A stretch of DNA of 64,000 nucleotides from contig NW_024704742.1 in the NCBI RefSeq assembly GCF_018977255.1, forward strand, positions 97,776,001 through 97,840,000, read 5' to 3'. A program made the position numbers and the translations under genes. The notes under the pieces were generated by a model. That model worked only from the letters and a program-made list of their open reading frames with translations, was not told the origin of the DNA and did no database searches. Source of the DNA: Callorhinchus milii. Taxonomy: Eukaryota. Below are positions 49,082-60,900 of this stretch, piece by piece. The stretch's first letter is position 1. Each line of letters begins with the position of its first letter.

Positions 49082-49416
49082 TAATAATAATAATATAATA
49101 ATAATAATCCTTGCATTTGATATAGCGCTTTTCACGTCGGGAGGACGTCCCAAAGCGCTTCACAGAACACACTGTAAAGTGAATTGACTGTACATTTGTG
49201 GGCGAACGCGGCAGCCAATTGCGCACAGCAATGTCCCACAAACAGTCGTAGATTGAAAATGACCAATTTATTATTGTTTTGTTTTTTGAAGGGATTATTA
49301 TTATTAGGCGTGTGGAGTAAGGAAACTTGCCCAAGGTTTCGCCCTGTCTGGAATTGAACTCAGGTCTCTCGCTTGCAAAGCGAGTGCTCTAACCACTGAG
49401 CTACAGGATTCCACAA
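49082..49416 (-). mobile_element. Young short-form tRNA-SINE with target-site duplication
   Basis: Near-identical to the other young copies; CACAATATGTA at 49073-49083 and 49412-49422. Confidence 0.92.
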
Positions 49417-51034
49417 TATGTATCCAATAATGCCTATGGTGGGCGGGGGGGGGGGGGGGAAGAGAAAGAGAGAGAGAGAGAGAAGACAAAGCAAAGACAT
49501 CTCCCGTCACTTCTCTCAGCTGATTACACTGTGTTGTCAGCACACTTCTACTGTCCTACTCTGAGGGAGGGAAAATCAGGTCCATTTAAAAAAATAAATC
49601 CTCAACCCAAAAATTATTAATTTTCCCCAATATGGAGGTCATTACTTCAGCTGGTGTAATGAACATCAAGATCCGCATGACGAAACTTCAACAGCAAAAA
49701 GATCATTACAGCACTTCACCTCAAACAGCTCATATTTTCCACAATTACAGCAAATAATGTCCAAGGTTTTGTTCTTTGCTGTGAAAATGTTTCCAGATAA
49801 TTCTGAGCACAGCTCAAAGCTTTGCTGAACTTAAAAAAAATTGTGGATGGCAGATCAAAGAAAATTAAATAAAATTGTTCAATCCATGCATCTGTCTATA
49901 ATATGCAGCCAAAAACGTTCAGTATACAATATACATTTTACAGCGCTTTCACATAAAGTTTAATATTCCTTAGGTCAAAATAATAGGCAATGCTCTAAAG
50001 TGCAAATTTAAGACAACACCTCATTTTCAAAATTATCCAACTATTTTGGTAAACTATGGTTTCCTATTAAATTAATTAATACACACAGACATTTATGCAA
50101 GGGCATGTAAAGAGTTCCTCAAAAAGGGATGTGAATCATTAATATCAATCTAAGAACAAATTATTATTCCATCTTCAGATCCATATATGGTCCCTGAATA
50201 GCTTTGAAATAGGCTTCTCTGGCCCATCTCATTACACTAGAAACCGAAGTTAAACCCACAAGGGTTGGACAATGAGGCAAGTTGAGCGTTTGGTATCCAT
50301 CTTGCTACCTCTGGAGGGAGGAAATAATAGGAGCTATCCAACCTGTGGCAACAATATTTCCTCATTCACTTAGAATGCATCCCCAGATCTCTCCCCCAAC
50401 ACACACACACACAAAGCTCAGGTGTCCAGTCAGCTGTGTGATGCATTAGGTCCTCCTTATGTGAAAAGTGCTATATAAATGTAAATTGTTGTTGATGCTA
50501 GAGTGGAATACAAATTCGCTTGAGAAGCTACTGGAGACGCATACCCATTCTCCATCGCACCTTCACTAGGGCATTTATTATTAAGAGCTGTTTTTAATTC
50601 TTGATGTTGCAGTGGAAATCCATTTGTGGCACTTTGCAGTGCTGGAAGTGGTTTTACGTAAAAGAAAATATGCAAATTTATTTCAAAAGTCTTCTGAGCA
50701 GCAAGTGAATATAGAACGACTGAACAGATTTGGAGGTTTGGGTGGGGTAGGAATGGGAGAGAGGGAGAGCAGAGAGGAGAAAGTAATGGTCAGGGCACTG
50801 GAGGTCTTCAATTTGTGCTAAGACGATTTTAAAATACATTTGGGATAGAGTTCAGTTATTAGACAGCTTGTACAATCGGTTCTACTTTCCGAATTCCATG
50901 TAACAGAGACACGCTACGAACAAAATACCAAGAAATTCAGCATCAAGGCCAAATCCAGCTCAATGAGCAATGATGATAAAACCAGCTCCTCTCTTCACTC
51001 CCAACCCCCAGAAAGAAGCCAGCTTTTCCCTTAC

Positions 51035-51111
51035 TTGTTCTCATTGCTGGCGTCGTATCGCGGCATGGGATCCCAGTCATTGCCATTGACATCAAAGCTG
51101 GCCATTTGATC
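51035..51111 (-). CDS. PCSK5: PCSK5 exon 5
   Basis: cctgcag|GAT CAA...GAG AAC AA|gtaagg; 77 nt, DQMASFDVNGNDWDPMPRYDASNEN(K), ends in phase 2. Confidence 0.95.
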
Positions 51112-51876
51112 CTGCAGGAAGAGGAGAAAAGTCACACCACCACATCAATAAATAAAGCCACTGCCCAATTCATACATTCTTAAAATGTTTTCCATAAGCA
51201 AATGATTGAACTTGAAGCATGCAATAATGAATGGTACCTTGCGAAATCTTTTTCCCACTCCAAAAAAAACTTTGCACACATTAGTGCCTGTAGAAATTTG
51301 GGGGGAGAAATGCCTTGGCCGATATAGATCCGAGATGCTTCACTGGAGCCCATATTCACTTATATCGTAGGTGTTCTGTAGACCGGCACACTGTACACTT
51401 CTGGCGTGGTAGACTGTCTGCCTTTCTGCGCAAACAGACAGTGCTCAGAAACTGGCTGTTCAACTGTTCCCACTCTCTGGAGCTGGAGAACAGTCTGGCA
51501 ACACAGTTTCTTGTGTACTGTTCACACGTGCAGAAAGCTAGCCAGTACGACAGAAGTTTAATTAACATTAGTGGCAATCCGACAATCAGGAGCAGGACCA
51601 TTTTATGGGGGGCTGACAGTTAATAATGTATGGACCAAAAATAAACATTATAGATGAGGCCATCTGGTATTTCATATGCACAGATACCACTAAAGGGCCG
51701 GTCCAACCACTTCTGCTAACACTGCTTCCAATTGCTTTCCTTTTGTTACTGGATCAAAAATAATCTTAAAGCCTTAAAATTTGTTGTAAGAAATACAATC
51801 TGTCAAAAGAGGGGGTGCTGACCACTGAGAAAAGAAGACTCAAGATGAGTTTCATCTCATCGATCATGAGGCAAAG

Positions 51877-52192
51877 ATAATAATAATCCTTGCATTTGAT
51901 CATGTCTTTATCATGTCTTTGAGATGTCTCAAAGGGCTTCACAGAATATACTGTAAAGTGAATTGACTGTATATTTTGTGAGCAAAATGCAGCAGCCAAT
52001 TGTGCACAGCAGTGTCCCAAAAACAGTCATGGATTGAGTGACTAAATTATTCCTTTTTTTAAAAAAACGGAAGGGATTATTATCCCCGGAAAAGCGATCC
52101 GCCAATCGACTAACAACCGGGTTTCTACTTACCGCTAGGTAAACAGAGGTGTGCAGTAAGGAAATTTTCCTAACATTTCCTCTGCCGGGAAA
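51877..52192 (-). mobile_element. Long-form tRNA-SINE lacking most of the tRNA head
   Basis: Contains the long-form segment CGATCCGCCAATCGACTAACAACCGGGTTTCTACTTACCGCTAGGTAAACAGAGG; loop TCAAA. Confidence 0.85.
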
Positions 52193-52624
52193 TGCTAAAG
52201 TGGAAGCTCCGACACTCAAGTGATGCATTTCCAATGGTTGCCACAGTTACGGAGATGGGATGGGGTGAAACAGGGTGTGTGGGCAGTCACAGCGCAGTAA
52301 CACTACATGCATGTGTAAAGCATACGATGTCAGCAAGCAGTGTAATTGCATCAGAAGGATTATATGAGCAAGCAGTAGAATGGAATTTTAGAAAGTCTCT
52401 TCTTCCCTCCTCCCCTATAAAAACAGCGTAAACGCAGTGCAGAGAATCGTCCGGAGACATGATCTCTTATTGAACGCCTGGCTAATTGCATGTAATGGCA
52501 GGTGGCTTCAAGACAAAGAACATCCACACAATAGAGTGTGGAACATTCAGAGAATAGCTCAAAGCCGCTGTGATCTATTTCTTCACGCAACTCAGTCCAA
52601 GGCTTCCCTGCTTTGGCTAATATT

Positions 52625-52895
52625 TAGCACTGCATTGTTGGAGGTGCCATCCTTCAGATGAAACATTAAACTATCGTCATGCCTGCCTTTTCAGGTGGTT
52701 GTTAAATAACCTGACCCTATTCGAAGAAAGGAATTTCTCCCAGTGTCCTGACCAATCCCCCTCCCCCAATAACATTGGTCATTCGTTATGTGCAAATGGA
52801 CTTCCATGTACAAATATGTAGTCACTACTCTGAACTGTAATTACTGTGAAGTGCTTCAATGTGTTAAGGCACTTTAGCAAATGCAAGGATTATCA
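52625..52895 (+). mobile_element. Old Deu-domain SINE fragment
   Basis: GCACTGCATTGTTGGAGGTGCCATCCTTCAGATGAAACATTAAAC...TCAGGTGG...CTATTCGAAG...AAATGCAAGGATTATC. A similar relic lies at about 57595-57975. Confidence 0.7.
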
Positions 52896-53268
52896 TTATA
52901 CATTTATATAGGATGTGTATGGAAAAAAGTCATACCCGCATGAGGCAAACCCAGCCACAATGTGATTTCTCGTAATCCAGAAATTTATATTTAACCCATG
53001 TTATAAATGAAGTCATTAAATAGCCACCAAATGCTTCTGGATTTGTGACATCCTTATGGACCCCTGTTCGTTTACAGGGAAATGATGTCTGTCAGGTCTC
53101 ACATGAGGTACTGCTATTCTCACAAAGCACAACCTAAACTACCAGTATTATTCACATTAATAGGAGACTTAATTCTTTGATATCACGAAATGTTGGCTGC
53201 CTTATAAACGAGGCTGCACTATAATGAAGGGTCTTAGATATACTTATAAATAAAAAGCACAAACGTAC

Positions 53269-53412
53269 ATAATTCTGCTGCAAGTCAGGGTGATTCCTCT
53301 CAATCCCATCATCCAGAATGGTTACCACAACATTTCGACCAGTGTAGCCTCTGCGCCAAGCTCCTACTATATTCATGTCGGACTGGCAGTGATGAGTGTC
53401 GTCGTTGCAGTG
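53269..53412 (-). CDS. PCSK5: PCSK5 exon 4 (catalytic Asp)
   Basis: ttccag|CAC TGC...AAT TAT|gtacgt; 144 nt, HCNDDTHHCQSDMNIVGAWRRGYTGRNVVVTILDDGIERNHPDLQQNY; inside ORF 53152..53457. Confidence 0.96.
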
Positions 53413-55102
53413 CTGGAATGGGAAAAATAGTTGTGAGAAAAGATACAAGTCAGTCATTAGAACCTAACTACATTGCAGCACTGAGGTCTCCTCTCAATTC
53501 GAAACAACAACTTTCACTTATATAGCGCCCTCCATGCAGGATAGTGTCTCAGAACGCTTAACAGTGGCAGAGCCCGACTCCGAGCTGAGGGTGGGGTGTT
53601 GGGAGGTGGCTGTAAGCATGGTAGTTGGTTTCTACACGTGTCAGATACTCAACTGACACTAAAACAACAAAGAGTTTAGAAATTGCAGCAAACCGATTGT
53701 GTGCTTTTTGGGTTAATGTAGCAAGAAAGGGTTGAACTGACCACTCGATTTTCCTACTGGTCCTGACAGGGAGGTTGATCTCTTTTTATAATATAATTGA
53801 GAAACCCAGGAAAAGGTCCAAGGCCAATTGTGCAGGAGGCGATCAAGGTTGATAAAATTAACAGACAATGAGATGAAAGTAGTTAGGAGATGTCAAACAG
53901 ATTTTAAGGTTTGTGATGAGGGGGTAGGAAGAGTCTTCATGGATCAGATAAATTGGAGCAGGAAGAAATGTGATAACAGGCTAGTACATCAATATACAAT
54001 ATTTTAAACATGGAAGGGAACAGGGAGGAAAAACATCAGGGATGCAGTGATTGGAAAGTGCCAATGGTAGGGAAAGGCATGAAACTGACAAACCAAACAA
54101 AAGAGAGGGGAACCCATCAACAGAAAGAATAAGCAACCAAGAGTGAGAGACAGAAATGGACACATCACAACAAGCCTAAGATTCTAACCAAAAGAGCCTT
54201 CCCAGATAATGAGCTGTAATTAACTAGCATGCGTGTGTAAAGAAAATATCTTCACAAGACAGTAAATGGAGATGCATAGAGTAAAGAAAGCACAAAGCCT
54301 TAAAATCCAAGGCAAGGTAAATCCATCAGCATTGTGTAGACAAAGATAGGTTTGCATTTCAGTCGGCAGGATTTTTCACCAAAGGAGATGAGACGTTTAA
54401 TTCAACAAAGAGCAAAGGATCAAGATCCAAGAATGAAATAATGAAAGCTTTGAGATGAAATGTAAAACTGAGTAAGTTTCTACTGTAGAACTTCTGTAGC
54501 CCTTTGCAAATCAAGTAGATGACCACACTGGGCCCAAAACAATTCTGAGCTAGAAACACAAAACCTGTTCTCTCGAGTACAACACCCACCATTCAAGTAG
54601 AAAAATGGCTCAACAGATTTCTCGTTTGGTTATTCATGCACCTTTGTCCAGGGGAAAAATAGGATATTTGAGCAGTGGAATTTCTACTAACCGGTCAAAA
54701 TAGTTATTTATTGCAGCACAGGTGATAGTGAGACCTGTTTGAGAATTACTAGTAGAACTATGGTAACCATTAGTCTATGGGTCACTTACTTATGTAGTCA
54801 GGGTGTGAAATGTGGAGAAATTCTACTAGGTTCTAGATTTACTCTATTGAAGTAGCACTTCGGAAATTCATTTTGAAGCCAATTTCCTGCAAGTTATTTT
54901 AAGATTATATATTCATTACCACAGGATCTCGAAATCAATCCTGGAGAATAGTGGACCATTTTGATGATTATATTGGCTCTTTAGATAGATACATTATTCT
55001 GCGTATTATGGGGCTTATTAAAGGTGAAGATGAAATAAAGAGGGAAGAATTAAAACCAAACCAGGAATCTTGGAGAATTCTAATGTAGTGTCATCTACTT
55101 AC

Positions 55103-55216
55103 AATATACCACATGCTTGGCCATTTGGGATCATTGAAGTAAGGATATTGAGCAGCACCAGGCTTAAAATCTCTCTTGATCCTTCTTTTTACCACCTGCT
55201 GCTGAATCCATTCTAC
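55103..55216 (-). CDS. PCSK5: PCSK5 exon 3 (end of prodomain, RIKR cleavage site, start of catalytic domain)
   Basis: Minus strand ttcacag|GTA GAA TGG...TGG TAT ATT|gtaagt; 114 nt, VEWIQQQVVKRRIKRDFKPGAAQYPYFNDPKWPSMWYI. Not present in the ORF track. Confidence 0.95.
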
Positions 55217-55780
55217 CTGTGAATGCAAGAAAAAAAAGTTATGAGAAAGCTAATACCAGCAATCACTGGGGACAAAACATACATAATAATCTTAGACAAT
55301 ACTGAATCAGTGAATACTGAAAATTCTCATGCATCAGGCACATCTGGTTCTTGCAAATAAATACCTGTTAAATTCCCAGTGCCATTTCCCACTGCAACTT
55401 CTTACAAAGGGATTTGTACCATTGTAGTATTGCATGTCTTTTGATGGAGCATCAAAGGCCATAGATATACTTAGTTCCAAAGATGCTTAAAGAAGATCAG
55501 ATTACTAATAACTCCTAAGGTAGCCATGGTGTTGAGAAGAGAAAATTCAGCTACAAATCTCATTACATTTTTTAAAAAGCTGGGTATTGCAAATCATTCC
55601 TTAGGGTCACCCATGAGAATACTTGCAGTTTTTAAAAACGAATTGAAGATTTTTTCCTCTATCTTAAAAGCAGGAAGGAGAGCAATTGTGCGGCTGGTAT
55701 GATCAACAGTGTAGACATAACATTTAACAATCTTAAGTCACGAGGAGCCCATCCCCCACCTCCATACCAAACCTTATATA

Positions 55781-57177
55781 AGTTAGTCTCACATCAGTGA
55801 TAGGAAAAATTTTAGAATCATTGATTAAGGATGTGGTAGTGTGGTATTTAGGGGAGCACAATATAATTAAGCCAAGTCAACATGGCTTTACAAAAGGGAA
55901 GTCATGTTTGACAAATCTCATAGAATTTTTTGAAGATATTTCGAGTAAACTAGATAAGAGTAAATCAGTAGATGTGGTCTATTTGGACTTCCAGAAGGCA
56001 TTTGATAAGGTGCCGCATAAAAGGTTAGTCCAAAAGATAAGGGCCCATGGAATTGGGGGGAGCATATTAACATGGATTGGGGAATGGTTAATGGGTAGGA
56101 AACAAAGAGTAGGGATAAACGGGTCCTTTTCAGATTGGCGGGATGTGACCAGTGGAGTGCCACAAGGATCAGTCCTTGGGCCTCAGCTATTTACCATCTA
56201 CATCAACGATCTAGATGAGGACATCGAAGCTAATATATCTAAATTCGCGGATGACACAAAGCTAGGAGGAAGTGTCAACACAGAGGACGACATTAAAAAA
56301 ATGCAGCGAGACATAGATAGGTTAGGTGATTGGGCAGTTAGGTGGTAGATGACGTATAATGTAGGGACGTGCGAAGTCATGTACCTAGGTAGCAAAAACA
56401 GTAGAGCGGGTTATTTTTTTTAGAAGGGGAGAGATTGGAATGTGTTAGTGTCCAGAGGGACTTGGGTGTCCTTGTACACCAATCACAGAAAGTTAGTCTG
56501 CAGGGGCAGCAGCAATTAGGAAGGCGAACGGTATGTTAGCATTCATTATGAAAGGATTAGAGTATAAGAGTAGGGAAGTCTTGCTGCAACTGTATAGGGC
56601 CCTGGTGAGACCACACCTGGAATACTGTGTGCAGTTTTGGTCTCCTCATTTAAGGAAGGATGTACTTGCCTTGGAGGGGGTGCAGTGTAGATTTACTAGG
56701 TTTGTACCAGGGATGAAGGGGATGAGTTACGAGGATAGGCTGACCAATTTGGGCCTATATTCTCTAGAATATAGAAGAATTAGAGGGGATCTTATAGAAA
56801 CCTATAAGATCATCAAAGGGCATGATAGAGTAGATAGTGGGAGATTGTTTCCCCTGGTTGGAGAAACTAAAACCAGGGGTCACAACCTTAAAATCAGAGG
56901 CCAGCCCTTTCGCACTGAGTTGAGGAAGAACTTCTTCACTCAAAGGGTGGTGAATGTATGGAACTCACTACCCCAAAGGGCTGTTGACACTCAGTCCTTG
57001 AACATATTCAAGACTGAGATAGATATATTTCTTATTGCAAAAGGGATTAAGGGATATGGGGATAAGGCAGGGTCAGGCTATTAGCTGGAGTTAGATTAGA
57101 AGATCAGCCATGATTAAATGGCGGGGCAGGCTCGAAGGGCCGAATGGCCTACTCCTGCTCCTATATGTTATGTTATG
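55781..57177 (+). mobile_element. 5'-truncated CR1-clade LINE (ORF2 RT domain to 3' UTR), disabled
   Basis: [76 protein letters not shown]; premature TAG at 56346-56348 and a frame change before 56533; 3' UTR GATCAGCCATGA...GGGCCGAATGGCCTACTCCTGCTCCTA then (TGTTA)n. Confidence 0.95.
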
Positions 57178-59885
57178 AACAGGGAAGACAATACAGACTT
57201 TTCTATAGAACAGAATATTGGAACTCAGAACCATGTCGACAGTCTTAAAATTACATTCCTACGTTGAATTTCATTTAATAAAAGAAGATCCACCGTCACA
57301 GGGAAATACAAAACAATTTACATAGTGCCTTACACATCAATGGAGGGGTAGGAGAGAGAGAACAGAAATCCAAATCATAATCAAGCCTGATCCTGCTGCA
57401 GCTACTCACATTTTAGAAAAGAAGCTATTACTATTGTCCATAAGGAACAAGATCCCTGGTCAATTCTCCCCCTCGCTATGGCCACTGAAAACAGTAACAG
57501 CAGAGATCAGCAAAGTCAGCACAGACCAACTCAGGATCAAACCTAGGAACAATATGATCTGGGTGACACTTAACCAGATTACAAGATCACAAGGTGCTGC
57601 ATTGTTGAAGGTGCTGTCCTTCGGATGGGTCATTAAACACCTCTCTATTCAAGTGGTTAAAGCCATAAGAACATCTGCCTGTTCAAAATTAAAGATGTTA
57701 TGACACTCTTCGAAGAGAGAAGGGAGTTTCTAGCCAGCAATCCTTCAGAATAAAAAAAAATGGTCACTCACTTCCTGGATATTTGTGAGACATTGCTGTA
57801 CGCAAATTGGCTGCTGCATTTGCCTATAAATACAAATATAGCCAGCTACAGTTTACACAAAAAAACTCTGAAGTGCTTTGAGACGTTAAGCGCTTCGAGA
57901 CACCGTCTGGTGTGAAGAACGCTATATAAATGCAAGTTGATGATTAAGGTCCTATATCAAATGCAAGGATCACTATTGGAGAAGGAAAAGGACTAGTCAC
58001 CCTCCTCCCCAAGTATTCCTGCTTAGTCTGAACTTTGACTTGGAGATGAAATGCTTGTGTAATGTCATTGAGTTGTATTTTAAACTAAGATTGACCGGAT
58101 ATAGATCTCCCAGGGGTACTCACACCACTGAGATCCCAATCTCAGAATGAAAATGCCAATAACAGTCCAGGCATCTTGCACAGAGGTTAATGCTCTTCCA
58201 ACCATTAAAGCTGTGCAATGCGAAAAGCATGCCCTTAAAATGTACTTTTTGTGTTTGGGGACTGGGGAATGGGGAAGAGAAAGAAAGGGCAGGAAATATT
58301 TATGAGCAATAGGTTATCCTGTGAAGGGGATTGAGATCTATTCTGCTTGATTATCAACAGAATCCATTATCCTAGTTTGCCCTTTCCGCTCACCACATGA
58401 TAGATCTGGCTATCACATTACAGTGTAAAGACTAAGGAGAGCAAATAATCATGTGGCTATTGAGTTTCAGTGTACAGATATGATTGCAGCAATGCTTTTG
58501 AGTAAGTTCAATTAATTTCAGTAGCAGGGTTAGAGGAAGAGACGGTTTACAAATTACTTTATTACTTCACCCTAACATTGAAGCAAAGACCAAGAATGAG
58601 AAAAAAAATCTCTCTATCTACTCTTAAAATTCCTCACAATTATGATTATCAGTTCTCCCTTCAATCTTCTCTGTTCCAATGAAAATGCATCAACGTTATA
58701 TGAGCTATGAGCAGCGACTAGAAGCTGTAGGCCCTTCCTTTCTCTGTTCATAAGGTCAAATAACTGCTGATACATTACAATAGAAGATCAAGAACCACCA
58801 TAGTAAGAAGCTTGTTCGGTCCTGTAAAATGTTTGTAGAAACCAACCTTTTAATGACTGAAAAGCACGGGGTGAGGGGAGGGAAACACAGTTCTGGGCGT
58901 TGACTGCATCCATCAAAAAAGCTTTCCAGAACACACTCTCGACTAGCTACCCACACACATTAAAAGGCATAATTTCAGCAAGGAAACATTTAAGAGACAG
59001 TTCAATCCATTTCCAATTATTTTCAGCAAGTGTCAGCAGATGGGGCTGATTTGTACATATAGCATTCTGTTCATCAAAAGCTACATAAAACAGAACGCCC
59101 ACAGCCCAGGCTGCTTCACAATCCTTGTTTATGCAAAATACATCAACAGTAGATCAACTACAAAGTGATGAACGAGGCACACAATTCCTGGAAGACTTCT
59201 TGAGCAAGCTTTAAGATTTGAAAGGATTTCTTCTCAGAAGAGAATCGGCTTGCTTATGATTTGTTTAGGGTTCAGTGAACAGATTCATCCCCATCATGCC
59301 CTAACAGCTCTCTCATGGGGTTTCTTTTAGCAACCATACACACGCTCAGCCATGGCCTTGCTAAAGTGCTCTGAGACGTTATCATATATGAAGATCACAA
59401 AACCAATGCAAGCTGTTGCTATGAATGAGGGAAGACTATTGCTGATTAACCTGTTCATGTTTGGGTCAAGTCTTTAAGTCCATATGATAACAACACCCAA
59501 AGGAGCAGAGGTTGGACTCCCCGGGACACATATCATGTAAAATGAAAAATTGGACCCCACTGTGTGGAAGCTCAAGTGTTGGTTTCTCCCATTTATTTGA
59601 AATAAAAATTCCTTTCAACAAACAAATAATAATTCTAACTGGGTTTGGGAAAGTGGGAGAGGTATTAAAGAGCAATGCAATGCACAGAGACAGAGTGAAG
59701 TAAGAACAAACACCAAACATGAAGTGAATGAAGCAGTTTCTTTCTAGCCTCAGCAGGTAGGGAAAAAAAATGAAGGCAGGAAGTTGGAGGTGGATATGAA
59801 CCTGACCCAATCACAGTTGTAGATCATGAAGCAGATCAATAGTCCACTGAAGAACGCAATGTCACTCTGGCAACAAAAACAAAAA

Positions 59886-60275
59886 GCTGGGTGGCACAGT
59901 GGGTTTATTTGAAATTAAAATTCACTGGCCTTTCACCCCTGGGACCAAACAGATCGGGTTAAAGTCTTTTTCCTGACAGCTGTTAGAATCACAACTGGAA
60001 TGACCTGCTGTCAGTCGCTTCCATCAATATCCACCCAGGTTCAGTCCTCATCAATGTGGGTAGTGATCAGTGCTGCAGCAGGGAGTGTCCTTCAGTGGTT
60101 GAGCCAAAGCAAGCTGCTAAGGCTGTTTGGGCTATACCCAACCTCGGGTGCTTTATACAAATAAGTGATAAGGTGCTTCAGTTTCCAGCACTCGTATCCA
60201 ATACAATTAGGGATTGTAATCCTGGTGCTTTTTCTGAATTCCAGGATCCCAAGGTGCTAAATCTTTCCTTGTAAA
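59886..60275 (+). mobile_element. LF-SINE-like ancient SINE relic
   Basis: GCTGGGTGGCACAGTGGG...GCCTTTCACCCCTGGGACC head and CTTCAGTTTCCAG...GTGCTAAATCTTT end resemble the LF-SINE consensus as I remember it. Confidence 0.45.
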
Positions 60276-60439
60276 AACACCTGGCAACTCAGGCAAGAGC
60301 ACCGCACTACACATCAACCTCTTCCTGAGTCAGTCACTGACTCGCTCCCCCCCACCCTCTTCAGCAATACAGCCTGACATCAAGGGACTGAATGAGACAG
60401 GGGGGAGGGGGGGTTAGTGATCGTCAGATTTATTGACAA

Positions 60440-60616
60440 GGAGAGAAAAAGTGGCACACACAAAGAGTGACAGAAAGGTCAGTGACACAAACAGAGAGAC
60501 ACACACATATATAGGATATAATATAAACATAATACAGAGAGAAAGAAAAAGGGAGACATAACACAAAGCCATAACACAGAAGGACTGAAAGAGTTAGTGA
60601 CACAAACAGAGGGGGT

Positions 60617-60648
<32 letters not shown>

Positions 60649-60900
60649 CAGGGACAGATGTACATTCACAGTGAAACTGAACGAGGGTCATTGGTACATA
60701 TAGGGGCAGAGGGAGAAAGAATGTCAAATACAGAGCATGAAAGAGAGACAGTGACAAACAGGAGAGACCGAAGAAAGCGAGAAAGGAAACACTGACAGCA
60801 AAACAGATGGCGAAAGTGCGGTCAAAGAGTAAGTTATTGATGTGGACTTTGAAGGAGGTGAGGGAGGCGACGAGTTTATAGAAAAGTATAGAAAGTTATA
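60440..60900. repeat. Purine-rich low-complexity tract including (GA)n at about 60617-60645
   Basis: GAGAGA run plus repeated AGTGACACAAACAGAG motifs at 60481 and 60596. Confidence 0.8.

Larger units (their letters stand above)
6971..55216 (-). other. PCSK5: PCSK5 (PC5/6) gene body, partial: coding exons 3-9 plus introns; gene continues beyond both ends of this span
   Basis: Seven exons (114+144+77+89+173+213+101 = 911 nt) splice in frame with GT-AG introns. They give VEWIQQQVVKRRIKR|DFKPG...ILDDG...HGTRCAGE...ASGNGG...GTSASAP. Peptides [25 protein letters not shown] and [14 protein letters not shown] resemble PCSK5 rather than PCSK6 or furin as I recall those proteins. Exon numbering is by analogy to mammalian PCSK5. 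Confidence 0.93.

Noticed and set aside
48816..49334. Recurrent MGKFPYSTRL... ORFs (also 38709, 8609) as a protein family
   Set aside because: Translations of the same SINE consensus.
51315..51623. 102-aa plus-strand ORF and overlapping 81-aa minus ORF as nested genes
   Set aside because: Non-ATG starts, no recognisable domain, no supported splice structure.
6971..55216. Gene identity as PCSK6 or furin
   Set aside because: Diagnostic peptides fit PCSK5 better by recall; a reciprocal BLAST or tree would confirm.
55797..57084. Active or domesticated reverse transcriptase
   Set aside because: 5'-truncated, premature stop at 56346-56348, frame disruption, ordinary CR1 3' UTR.
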